A DNA stretch of 32,000 nt, from NCBI GenBank assembly GCA_018985225.1, contig JADGIF010000013.1, forward strand, positions 1-32,000. Reading direction: 5' to 3'. The translations under genes were made by a program, and so were the position numbers. This DNA is from Amoeboradix gromovi X-113. Lineage: Eukaryota; Fungi; Sanchytriomycota. Shown one piece after another: positions 1 to 9,476 of this stretch (position 1 is the stretch's first letter; every line of letters starts with the position of its first letter). The notes beneath the pieces were generated by a model. It worked only from the letters and a program-made list of their open reading frames with translations. It had not been told where the DNA came from and ran no database searches.

Positions 1-70
1 AAGTAATAAAGCTGAAATAATGTTCCAAGTTGTTACAGAAAGTTAGTCCAGTTTTTATATTTGATGTCCC
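1..70. mobile_element. Right end of a family-1 TIR element/MITE, cut off by the window edge
   Basis: Bases 4-70 (taataaagctgaaataatgttccaagttgttacagaaagttagtccagtttttatatttgatgtccc) are near-identical to 9253-9319, the right end of the MITE. The flank after CCC is ATAT. Confidence 0.85.
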
Positions 71-266
71 ATATGTAATTCGTTCATCCATGCCATCAGA
101 TGATTGGACCTTCTGTCATGATCGTATGTTCTAGATATTTATTCTCAAATTCATACGAGATAAAGCATTCTCAACGTTTTCTGTTAATACGCTACAGGCT
201 ATGAAGATTGAGCACACATTTAGACTAAAATTGAAAAGTTTTCAACTCACAAAATTAGATTTACTC

Positions 267-1736
267 TCATAACTTTCTCTTATCACCAATCTTGTAGCTC
301 TTATTATGATAAGCCTCCTTCATTCTATTTTTGCACGCATCACTTGCAATTTTATGGTCTACAATTGGCTTAGGATAATCTACACCAATAACGCATCCCC
401 ATTTCTTTTGCTGCTCCTTTGTAGCCTCCCATGGTTGATATACGTATCTTGCAGGATAGTTCTTCAATTGCGGAACATATTTTTTTATATACTCTCCACT
501 TTTATCATATTTCTTTCCAAATGCAATCGGACTATATACTTTGAAGTACGAAGAGAAATAGGCAGAAGCAGATAGCCAGAGCCAGTTACCAGCATTAAGA
601 TTCCAATCATGATCAAGTAGTAGTTCTTGAAAAACCAACAGACCTTGTTCCCAGCTTATATAAAGATCACCCCTAGTCAAAAAGCAAGCAACAGCATGTC
701 TAGCGAGATGATGAATCCATCCTTCTGTTCGTAACTGTGTCATTATGGCATCAATGAATGGATATCCAGTTTTAGCATTTGTCCATGAACTCAGAAACGA
801 TTCGTTGTCATCCCATTGTACTTGCAAGCAAACTGGATTGCCATTCATTTTACTGAAGTTTGGAATGGCATAACCTTGAGAATGAAAAAAGTCTCTCCAC
901 AACAGTTGACCAACTAGACTAACTGGAGGTTGAGAGGACATCCTGTCATTCTGAACCAAATCCATAACTCTCCAATAAAAATCACGGGCACTTAAACATC
1001 CCCAAGTAGTATGTGGGGATAAAGTTGTAGTAGAAGCGGGTTCAAAAGAAGTTGGAGACGTTTTTGGTTTCTCAAATCTAGTGGTTTGGCGTTTGTCTTT
1101 ACAGTAAAGATCCAATAGCCTTAATGCCTCTATTTCTCCACCCTTTATTGCTGTTGTTGGTACTGCAGAACAAAACTCGTCTAGTTTAAAAATAGAGTAA
1201 TCACCAGAAAACGAAATATTTGGGAGTGGTGGTATGTTGCATATATCCAACGGCCTAGGCGGCGCGGGAAGTCGACTGCACACCTGTATAAATGAGCTAT
1301 AAGTCTTTGGCAACTTACCATCATTTTTAGCTATAACTGACGGTGGATGGTAAAGCAGCTTACCTTGAGTAGTTATAACTTTAACGTTTAGCGATTCTGA
1401 TAAACTTATGATATTTGAGTCTCTTTCAACTGCATGTGGCTCTGTTAACTCGTCAAATGCAAGGTGTGTAATTTCCCATTCAGACAATATGGACTTCAGA
1501 ACATCATAAGCATTTCCACGAGCAACAAAAAGCTTTGAATCTCTTTTTTGCAATTGTGCATCCAAATCTTCTAAACATTGCTGTAAAAACAGCCATCTGT
1601 TTGGACCTACTTTTGTATGCTGAGGATTCTCAACAATGTACAATGGAATTAATTCATGGGCATCTTTAACCATATTTAGTGCCAAATTATCTTTTAATCT
1701 TAAGTCTCTTCTTAACCATAAAAGAGCTCGTTTCAT
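267..1736 (-). CDS. (6-4) photolyase / animal-like cryptochrome
   Basis: 489 aa with N-terminal [11 protein letters not shown] and FAD-domain motifs [42 protein letters not shown] and YPKPIVDH. The HHLARH catalytic histidines are diagnostic of the (6-4)/animal CRY class. Confidence 0.95.
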   Translation of the reverse strand: [489 protein letters not shown]

Positions 1737-1784
1737 AGGAATTAGATGATAAACTCTTGAAATCGATCAAATTTTAAATTCTCC
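1737..1784. promoter_or_regulatory. 48-bp head-to-head intergenic region (probable bidirectional promoter)
   Basis: Only 48 nt separate the divergent ATGs at 1736 (-) and 1785 (+). Confidence 0.5.
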
Positions 1785-4700
1785 ATGTTTACAGCATTCA
1801 ATGCGGAACCCACAAATGTTGTGATATCCCAAGACATCAATAATAAATTTTGCAAGGCTGTGAAGTCTAAGAACGTTGAGTTGTTAGAAGAGCTGCTATT
1901 AGACAACCTTGACAATACTGATTTATGTTTTAGTATATATAAACTACTTGCAGAATTGACCAGTGATAAGATTGCAATCTCTTACGGCTTAAAAGCACTG
2001 GAAATCAAAGAGCTACCCAGTATTTATGCTAACATGATGATAAAAGCTATAGAATTCAATTATCCTAGTATAGCTAAATATTGCTTGTCTAGGCTTGCAA
2101 TTGACAATTCTACTTACCTGGGTATCATAAACAACATGCATTCAAAATCTGCGCATATTTCCTCCAGTAGTTCTCCAATTTCAGTTGAAATAATCATGGA
2201 TTCCTCCATATCAAAGTCTTTTAAAAAGTTATACGATTTACTAAAACACAATCCTCTATCGCTTAGTGTTTCTATAGAGTTTAAACCTTCTGATTTTAGT
2301 ACTAAGCCTCTGGTTACTGTTGACAATTCTAATAAATCCACTCGCACCTCATCTAGACTAAAACAATCTCAACCTGTTCCAAACTCTCCTATTTTGGACA
2401 AGTTAACTCTTATTTATCCACCCGTAATCAATGAAAACGACCTCCATGAGCATTTAGCATGTCTAATTTCAAATTACAAACAATATCATTCTCGCAAACT
2501 GAATCTTAAGTCCGATTTTTACAACTGGTGTATTTTATTTGACACAGACCCAAATGCTGTGTTACGCAACGAGGATCAGTTGCTGATCTCTTCTGCTACC
2601 ACTCTGGATCAAGTGTTTACTATTTTCATAAAGATAGCTATGAATAATAATTATTACGCTCATTTGTTGGGCCTGTATCCATATATTGATAACCCTCGAG
2701 ATCCACATTTGCTGCTCTTTATTGTCAAATCTATATATAACGTCCATGTATTCATACAGCACGAGCGTATATCCACTGTTCATCCTAGTTTTACATCCAT
2801 CTACTATTCTACTTGTGACATAATTTATAATTTAGTTCAATCGGATCCCCATAACTCCGTGTTAGTAGAATGCTATTCGAATACGATATACAATCACTTT
2901 ACCAACTCTATAAACTCTAATTATCTACTAGACTACCCAACTACAATTAGAATACCCCTGGTTATAAACCCTATAAATCAGAACGAAATTAGACATTTGA
3001 ATGAAATTAAAGGTCTTGATGCCCGTCCGTCTCTTGTTGATTATTGCAGATCTCTCCTAAAGCTAACAGAGGGATATTACTTTAATTTACAATTTAGTCA
3101 TGTTATGTATTATCTGTTTCATTTTGATAAATCCACTGCATGGCTAAACCACTACATGATCTTTATATTATTCAATTACCCTGATATTATAAGCGATTTC
3201 AAATTGAACAACTGCTTTAAGATGTTTATTCTACAATTAGTTAGACACGACATATCCTTGTTAATGTTGTTACATGAATACCTGGAATCCATAAACTACT
3301 GCGAACTATTAGATCATGTATACATCGGTATCAATGGATTGTTACAACTGCCATTTGAAACCAGTGAAAAGCAGTTGTTACTGACTTGCTACTATCAAAT
3401 GAACTTGTTCAATATCAATCACTCTTTTAAAAGACAGCTATATAAAACTACCAACGTAGAACCTTTTTTAGTGTTTTTGAGAGGCATAAAAATTGATCTT
3501 AATCAGCCATGCAGCATCAAACTACAAACCGACGTCCACACAATGTTTAGTAAGCTGATTAAGAATACTCGAGAAATTGGAATATTGAATTGTTTAGAAT
3601 ACTACAACAAGCTATCTTTCATATTTAGTAAATCTATTGGTATAACCAGTATAGTACCTCAAAACTTGAGTATCGAGTGCAAGGTAATGAATCCAATAAT
3701 CACAGGTATATTACAAGTGATGCCACATGATCAGATTAAACACTGTTACAATACTTGCTTGATAGTAGAAATACTAGAAATTCTCTCCGAATCCCCAAAT
3801 ACCTTGTTGAAGAGGATAAACAAAGTATTAGATCTAAAACAAAAGTTGGTGGGGAATAAATATTTAAACTCAAATGTACATGATTGCTTGCTGCTGTTGC
3901 AACTGGCTCCATTTAAGCACTTAAATATTCCGAAACAGACACCCATTTTAATTGATCATATGATACAATACGCTCCATATGAAGCAAAGTTAAAATTTCA
4001 TTCCAGCAAAAATCCAGTGATTCGATTTGTACAAGCCAGCACTATGATGAAAATGGAATACAAACCGGAATATTTGAAATATCTATTTACCTTGCAAGTA
4101 CCATTGGAATACCAAATAAAGAGAATTTATTATTATGGCAAATTTGCTGCAAGTAGCTCAGATTTTGACATGATTGAGTTAATGAATGATCTCACAATAG
4201 ATAATATATACAAGACTTGTATTATAATGATCGATAGGCTTTTGGAGACGGACTTGGACAATTGGCAATACAGAGGTCTTTATTATAAATCCAAGTTAAT
4301 GGTGATGAACAAGGATTACGCTGGAGCATTTCAGACTATGAGTATTTTTAAAAGAAACAAGGGTGTACTGGTAACACATATATCAATGGATGAGATTGTC
4401 GGCAAGTACTACTACTACAATTACACGTTGAACGACTATTACAACTACCTGATGTACAAGAATGATGAGACAAATAACGAACTAAATACTGATGCCATAA
4501 TTAACACTAGCAGACTGGTTTATATAATGGTCGCAAGAATTAACAAACTTCAAAGTGGAAACAAGCGAGCTATATTGGAAATAGTTAAACTCCAAGAAAA
4601 CGGATTAAAACAGAACGATTTACAAGCTTACCACGGTAGCATTATAAAAGATGATAGACTATGGTACTATTTGAAGTACAGTAGGGACTTGCTAGAAGAT

Positions 4701-4826
4701 ATGGAATTGGTGGCAAGTTGCAAAACGCTGGAATTTATGATTTTAGTAGTCAATAAACTGTTAAAGATAGTAACGAGAGACGAGATGATTATGATATGCA
4801 AGGGACATTTCAAACAGTTTTTATAA
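1785..4826 (+). CDS. Highly divergent, shortened Hir3/CABIN1-like TPR/helical subunit of the HIRA histone chaperone complex
   Basis: 1013-aa ORF. The N-terminus MFTAFNAE...IYKLLAEL...YGLKALEI...IAKYCL resembles the Hir3 start (FxALNxE...YKNLA...YxxALxxD...ARY). The C-terminal DNWQYRGLYYKSKL...IFKRNKGVLVTHISMDEIVGKYYYY resembles Hir3 WHHRxxYRxA...LFxxK...IWxPExERPGKHFxY. Matched by eye only. Confidence 0.55.
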   Translation: MFTAFNAEPTNVVISQDINNKFCKAVKSKNVELLEELLLDNLDNTDLCFSIYKLLAELTSDKIAISYGLKALEIKELPSIYANMMIKAIEFNYPSIAKYCLSRLAIDNSTYLGIINNMHSKSAHISSSSSPISVEIIMDSSISKSFKKLYDLLKHNPLSLSVSIEFKPSDFSTKPLVTVDNSNKSTRTSSRLKQSQPVPNSPILDKLTLIYPPVINENDLHEHLACLISNYKQYHSRKLNLKSDFYNWCILFDTDPNAVLRNEDQLLISSATTLDQVFTIFIKIAMNNNYYAHLLGLYPYIDNPRDPHLLLFIVKSIYNVHVFIQHERISTVHPSFTSIYYSTCDIIYNLVQSDPHNSVLVECYSNTIYNHFTNSINSNYLLDYPTTIRIPLVINPINQNEIRHLNEIKGLDARPSLVDYCRSLLKLTEGYYFNLQFSHVMYYLFHFDKSTAWLNHYMIFILFNYPDIISDFKLNNCFKMFILQLVRHDISLLMLLHEYLESINYCELLDHVYIGINGLLQLPFETSEKQLLLTCYYQMNLFNINHSFKRQLYKTTNVEPFLVFLRGIKIDLNQPCSIKLQTDVHTMFSKLIKNTREIGILNCLEYYNKLSFIFSKSIGITSIVPQNLSIECKVMNPIITGILQVMPHDQIKHCYNTCLIVEILEILSESPNTLLKRINKVLDLKQKLVGNKYLNSNVHDCLLLLQLAPFKHLNIPKQTPILIDHMIQYAPYEAKLKFHSSKNPVIRFVQASTMMKMEYKPEYLKYLFTLQVPLEYQIKRIYYYGKFAASSSDFDMIELMNDLTIDNIYKTCIIMIDRLLETDLDNWQYRGLYYKSKLMVMNKDYAGAFQTMSIFKRNKGVLVTHISMDEIVGKYYYYNYTLNDYYNYLMYKNDETNNELNTDAIINTSRLVYIMVARINKLQSGNKRAILEIVKLQENGLKQNDLQAYHGSIIKDDRLWYYLKYSRDLLEDMELVASCKTLEFMILVVNKLLKIVTRDEMIMICKGHFKQFL

Positions 4827-4888
4827 AAAATAAATCAAATTGTTAATTAGAATGCAAATTGTTTTGAAATTTATTCGTTTTAGGGATT

Positions 4889-5206
4889 TTATGCAGGAGG
4901 ATCATCAGCAGGATCATCAACAGGAGGATCAGCAGGATCATCAGCAGGATCATCAACAGGAGGATCAGCAGGATCATCAGCAGGATCATCAACAGGAGGA
5001 TCAACAGGAGGATCAACAGGAAGATCACCAGCAGGAGGCGGTTGAACACTTTTTAAATCTCCAACTGGAGTGGTAATAAGAATAGCATCTATTTTTGAAT
5101 TGTCCACATCACTTCTTTTAATTATTTCTCTCTTTTGCAAACTAATGTCTGCTCGGTTTGAAATGTAAATAGCCGAAATCACGCTAATGAGAAACATACA
5201 ATACAT
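4889..5206 (-). CDS. Small secreted Asp/Pro-rich repeat protein (start may be the ATG at 5197)
   Basis: Hydrophobic start MFLISVISA, two KR sites and C-terminal DPPV/DDPA repeats. A TATAAAAAG lies just upstream and AATAAA lies about 13 nt after the stop. Confidence 0.65.
   Translation of the reverse strand: MYCMFLISVISAIYISNRADISLQKREIIKRSDVDNSKIDAILITTPVGDLKSVQPPPAGDLPVDPPVDPPVDDPADDPADPPVDDPADDPADPPVDDPADDPPA
4893..5038. repeat. Coding minisatellite: 12-nt units (gatcatcarcag / gaggatcarcag) in a 36-nt higher-order period
   Basis: Direct tandem array visible in the sequence. It encodes DPPVDDPADDPA on the minus strand. Confidence 0.9.
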
Positions 5207-5436
5207 CGATATTGTCGTCTTTTTATACTTGGTAACTCTTTACATCGCCCAATCAGTGTCTCTGATTTTCCTATTCTTAGACGTCTAATACATTAATAGC
5301 TATTCTAGGCCTATATTTTAGGTTTGCTTTTTCAAGAATCATTTTGATGTTATGTAAAGCAATAGTGTCAGCAAGATGAAAGTCTCTGAAAAGCAAAGAA
5401 GTAACTTACTTTGAAAACTCATATAATGCTCATTAA

Positions 5437-7469
5437 TTAAACCGAATTTACTATAGCTTCTGCTTTACGCAATGCATTCAAAGTTGTTTTGACTTCTTCT
5501 CGTCTTTGTGCAACAATTTCGCTTTCTTCCAACAAGTTGATATTAGTTGTATCTCTGTATATCTGTGACAGCAATTCCTTTTGCATATTATCCTTACTAT
5601 ACTGCACTAGATGGTACATGATTGCTTTTGGTACCATATCACTCAATGTCCTTTTCACAATCGCAAAGTAAGAAGTTAACAACAGCTCTAAGTTAGTTAA
5701 AAATTACTTATAACCTCGGTTTCCAATATCTCTCGTTCATTCAATTGCCCTTGTGCTCTAATAACACTTGGTGGGGGAGGGGTATCGTCAAAGTTCGTTT
5801 TCTTTTTACTTCCAAAAAGCCCTCCAAACCACCCAGAATTTTCGGGTGTTCCTCCTTTTAGTACCTCTTCTTGTCTAATTGTAGTTGCATCTTTTACTTT
5901 CTCTTGTCTCCCTATAGCAGATTTAGCAGCGTAAGTGGCATCATTTACAATACTCTGTTTACCCAACAACATTCTCTCTTGCACCATTGCAGTTGCTTTA
6001 TGTCCGTTTATAAAGTCAGGATGGGCTGTATTTATATAACATGCCTCGCTGCTAATTAAATCTTCAACCAATTTATTTGTTGGTTTTAACGCAGAATTAA
6101 GAAAAGAAAGTATTGTGTTGTAGATACGGTCCTTTAATGCTGGGAAGCGCTTAAACGCAGGATGATTATTTAATAAATGAGTTAAAATTCTCAAGATTTC
6201 ATCATAAACTAATCCTACGCACTTAAGACTCGGACTTCTTAACCGCTCAATCTGCTGCTTCACAAGAACTTCAAATGCTTGTGTTCCTACAAACAAGCTA
6301 GGTTGCGATCCGCTAGAGTTATATAAAATAGTGCGAATATCTCCATCTTTAATTTTATCGAATGGGTCTAAATCACGAACACCAGCAGCAAACCATTCGT
6401 GAAACACATAAGCAATTCTTGCACCTCCACTTAGTTGATCACTCTGCACTTCACTGGTTCCATCCAAAACATTCTTAAAATCACGAGCCAGATCTGTCAA
6501 TATCTGTAGCAAAATATTAGCTTCATCATCTTTTATTGGATCACCCAGCTGCTGTAATTCTGTGGTGCACTTGATAATTTGCTGTTGGATCTTGGCTTTA
6601 GTATCTGGAAGAGTAGCTTTGATATGATGCATAAGGATTAAGTTAAGTTTCTTGGCCAAATAGCCGGTGCCGCAATATTGTGACTTATTTCCGTAAGAAG
6701 GATGGTTCTCAAAATACTTTCTCTCATCCTCGAGGGCTAATTTAATGGATTTCTTTTGATTTATATCTTTTTGACCTCGGTTTATAACTGGAACGTAACC
6801 CAATCGGAGAGGAATTACTCTACCAGCTAGCACATCAATAACATCTGTATCCTTGTCCATTAAATCAATCTTGGTTAAAACCCCAATTGTTCTTAAACCC
6901 TCAGGGTCCACCTCACGGGCCAGTTTTAACCCATCTGAATTTGCAAGATCTGTATTTGCAGCCGTAACAGCTAATATAATCGCGTTAGGGCGAGAGATGA
7001 ATTTTACAAGCATGTTGCGGATTTGGGACTCAATATCAATTGGTTGATCACCAACAGGTACTTTAGTGATTCCTGGTAAATCTACTAAAGTTAAATTCAG
7101 AACATTTGGGGAGAAAACACGCAAATTTATGGGAATAGGGGAGATCCCGGTATTGCTACCACACGCACGGTCAGTTTCCGCTATGATTTCCTTTCTAATC
7201 TCATCAAAATCAGTGAACTTCTTATCGGTGTGTAAGAACATACCATACTCCTCTTTGCTGTGAATTAACTGTAAAACAAGCGGACGTCGAGTAACAATTC
7301 CACTTCCACGAGGTAAAAAATCACGACCAACTATGTTTTCTAATACACTGGACTTGCCACTACTTTGGCTACCAATAACTGTTATTTGTGGTAAATCGAT
7401 AGGATTATTTGTAATAACACCAAGGGCATCTTGCAGCTGATTTACAAGAGTTATTAGCTGAGCATCCAT
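5437..7469 (-). CDS. VPS1: Dynamin-related GTPase Vps1; exons 7469-5708 and 5687-5437, about 670 aa
   Basis: G1 [13 protein letters not shown] and TKID motifs, middle domain LSGGARI. Removing the 20-nt intron gives the canonical [32 protein letters not shown]. Confidence 0.92.
5688..5707 (-). other. 20-nt spliceosomal intron GTAATTTTTAACTAACTTAG
   Basis: GT..AG ends, CTAAC branch point and an in-frame TAA. Removal joins ATA A|AG CTG to give the conserved EVIKLL. Confidence 0.9.
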
Positions 7470-7700
7470 TTTAAAAGTTTTGAAAACACCCCTATTTAAT
7501 AAAACTTAAAGCAAGGATGACATCAATATCTTTTAATGATTCAAATTAACCCATTAGAAGTTTTGCAGCACTTTCAGCTATCCGAAATTCAGAATTCTAA
7601 ATTTTGAGTTCCAAGATATTTTCAGACAACTTGATATGATGCTAGGTCTAGTACTAGGTACTTTTGGCATAAATAGAGACACGTGTACACCAGATAACAA

Positions 7701-8081
7701 ATGCTATTTACTTTAATTTTCGCAAGTGACTATTCAAAGCCAGATTATGGAAAAGAAGTCAATCCAGCATATAGCAAACCTGATTACAAGAAGCCGGAAT
7801 ACCATGATGACCATCATGACAATGATTATAAGGAGACTGAAGATTCGCCAGATTATAAGGACCACGATTATAAACCCTACACTAAGCCTGATATTCCAGA
7901 TTACAAAGAACAGTACGTAAAAGATGAGAAATATTCCACAGAGCCGTCGAAGACATCTTACAGCCCACCCGTTGAGTCTCAAGGCTACAGTGAACCTCCA
8001 TCTTCTCAATATGATGAATATAGCAGCGCTTCAACATTTACCCACGTAGCAATGGTCTTGGGTGCTCTTTCCTTCCAATAA
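7701..8081 (+). CDS. Small secreted, possibly GPI-anchored, Tyr/Asp/Lys/Pro-rich protein
   Basis: 126 aa; starts MLFTLIFA, has repeated (K)PDY motifs, ends YSSASTFTHVAMVLGALSFQ. AATAAA overlaps the stop. Confidence 0.75.
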   Translation: MLFTLIFASDYSKPDYGKEVNPAYSKPDYKKPEYHDDHHDNDYKETEDSPDYKDHDYKPYTKPDIPDYKEQYVKDEKYSTEPSKTSYSPPVESQGYSEPPSSQYDEYSSASTFTHVAMVLGALSFQ

Positions 8082-8389
8082 ACTTTTATTACCAAATTTA
8101 TGATTTCTACTTACAATTGGGATACTCGCTTTAAAAAAATTACACTGCTTTCACACCAGTGTCCATACTTTAAGCATCAACTATGTAAGGTAGTTTTAGT
8201 ACCACTTTTTATCTACTACACGTTATTTTTATATTTGCGAAGACATTCATTGACTTGATAACTTGCTAATTGCGGTTGTGAACATTTTGGAACTAGGTGG
8301 GAAAGTGACTGCCTTGGTGTAATGGACATAGTATGTTACGATTTGTGTACCACTGCCTTTGCTTTTTTTTCTCACTAAACATTTAAAAG

Positions 8390-9422
8390 ATGACGGCCAA
8401 AAGATTTACTGTTCTGCTTGAGTTTGTATTAACTTTGCTAAATAATATAAGCATTGATGTTTATCAATAAATATCAGCAAGAATTGAAGAGGTAAATAGA
8501 ATCATGGAATCATGAATATTGAAGATCTAATATCACAGAAAAGAACCTTTTCGGAGTACTTGGATGAATTGGCACCTTTTTGGAAACAAATAATTCGGTT
8601 TTTTATAGCCGGAAATGCTTCAAACAATGGCGATTTAGACGATTTGATTAAAGCAAATGATCCAATACATTATATAATAGTTGATAATTGGTGATAAGAC
8701 GATGAGTAACTCTAGATTAACAGAAAAGGATAGAAAGAAACAGAAAATCAAGAAAGGGAAATTAAATAGATTTATTTATTGGTGAATTGATGGTGAATCG
8801 CACTTTAAAGGGCAAGATCCAGTCCCGAATAGATTGTTAAGCCATAAATTCTCAAGTGTGGACAAGCAATCATTGTACCTGAAGAACACACGTCCAAGAA
8901 GTGTAGTATATGTAAGAAGGATGTGAATAGTAATGCTTATGGGACACCAAATATAAAAACTAGACTAACTCGTTTTTAAATGTGCACCATACGGAGGAAA
9001 TGCTATCGTTAATAAAAGAACTTCTATTATAACAATTCTCTTTCATTGATTGTATTCCTCTTTTTAAGATAAAAGTAGAAGACCCTGCATCTCGTTCAAA
9101 TATATGAGGTCTTTGAGCATCTCAGAGGTTTATTTGAAATAAAGATTGGATGAAAGAGTAAGAGAATAGCTGTACAGAATATCTATTTTCCTTTCATACT
9201 CGTCAACTCCGCAACTAGCTGAATGTCCACTCGCCTCTTAAATCCATAAAATTAATAAAGCTGAAATAATGTTCCAAGTTGTTACAGAAAGTTAGTCCAG
9301 TTTTTATATTTGGTGTCCCTTATGGAAACGAAAGAGGTTGCGAATATGTGAATCCTGATCAGAATGCTACTTTGAATATTAGAAATGTATTTATTAGTTT
9401 TACAAAAACACTAAAACTTTAA
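8390..9422 (+). pseudogene. Decayed Fanzor1 (eukaryotic TnpB-family RuvC nuclease), C-terminal half, interrupted by a MITE
   Basis: Ordered motifs across frameshifts and stops: AK*YKH*C..NKYQQELKR (~8437-8495), FSEYL...FYSRKCFKQWRFRRF (~8548-8645), IYW*IDGESHFKGQDPVPNRLL (8774-8839), IIVPEEHTSKKCSIC (8869-8913), then after the MITE GCEYVNPDQNATLNI (9336-9380; canonical NRDxNAxxNI). Confidence 0.8.
8941..9319. mobile_element. 379-bp non-autonomous TIR element (MITE, family 1) with 30-bp TIRs and a 4-bp TSD TTAT
   Basis: The left end gggacaccaaatataaaaactagactaact (8941-8970) and the right end agttagtccagtttttatatttggtgtccc (9290-9319) are inverted repeats with 1 mismatch. TTAT occurs at 8937-8940 and 9320-9323. 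Confidence 0.9.
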
Positions 9423-9476
9423 TTACTTTATCCACGTGCGTTATGAATCTTTTTTAAATCATTTTAAGCAAGGAGA

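Noticed and set aside
4840-5076. Plus-strand QQEDH-repeat ORF and minus-strand poly-Leu/Ile ORF
   Set aside because: These are shadow frames of the 12-nt minisatellite. The DP-rich frame has a signal peptide, TATA and polyA context.
5683-5699. Stop-codon reassignment or programmed frameshift to explain the split VPS1 and SEC16
   Set aside because: Canonical GT-AG introns with branch points explain all three splits, and TAA, TAG and TGA all end conserved genes normally.
8512-8694. 60-aa ORF as an independent gene
   Set aside because: It is a frameshifted fragment of the Fanzor relic.
9436-9468. Intron-like gtgcgt...ttttaag upstream of ETR1 that could add a presequence
   Set aside because: It has no YTAAY branch motif, and the upstream frame hits TAA (9420-9422) without an ATG.
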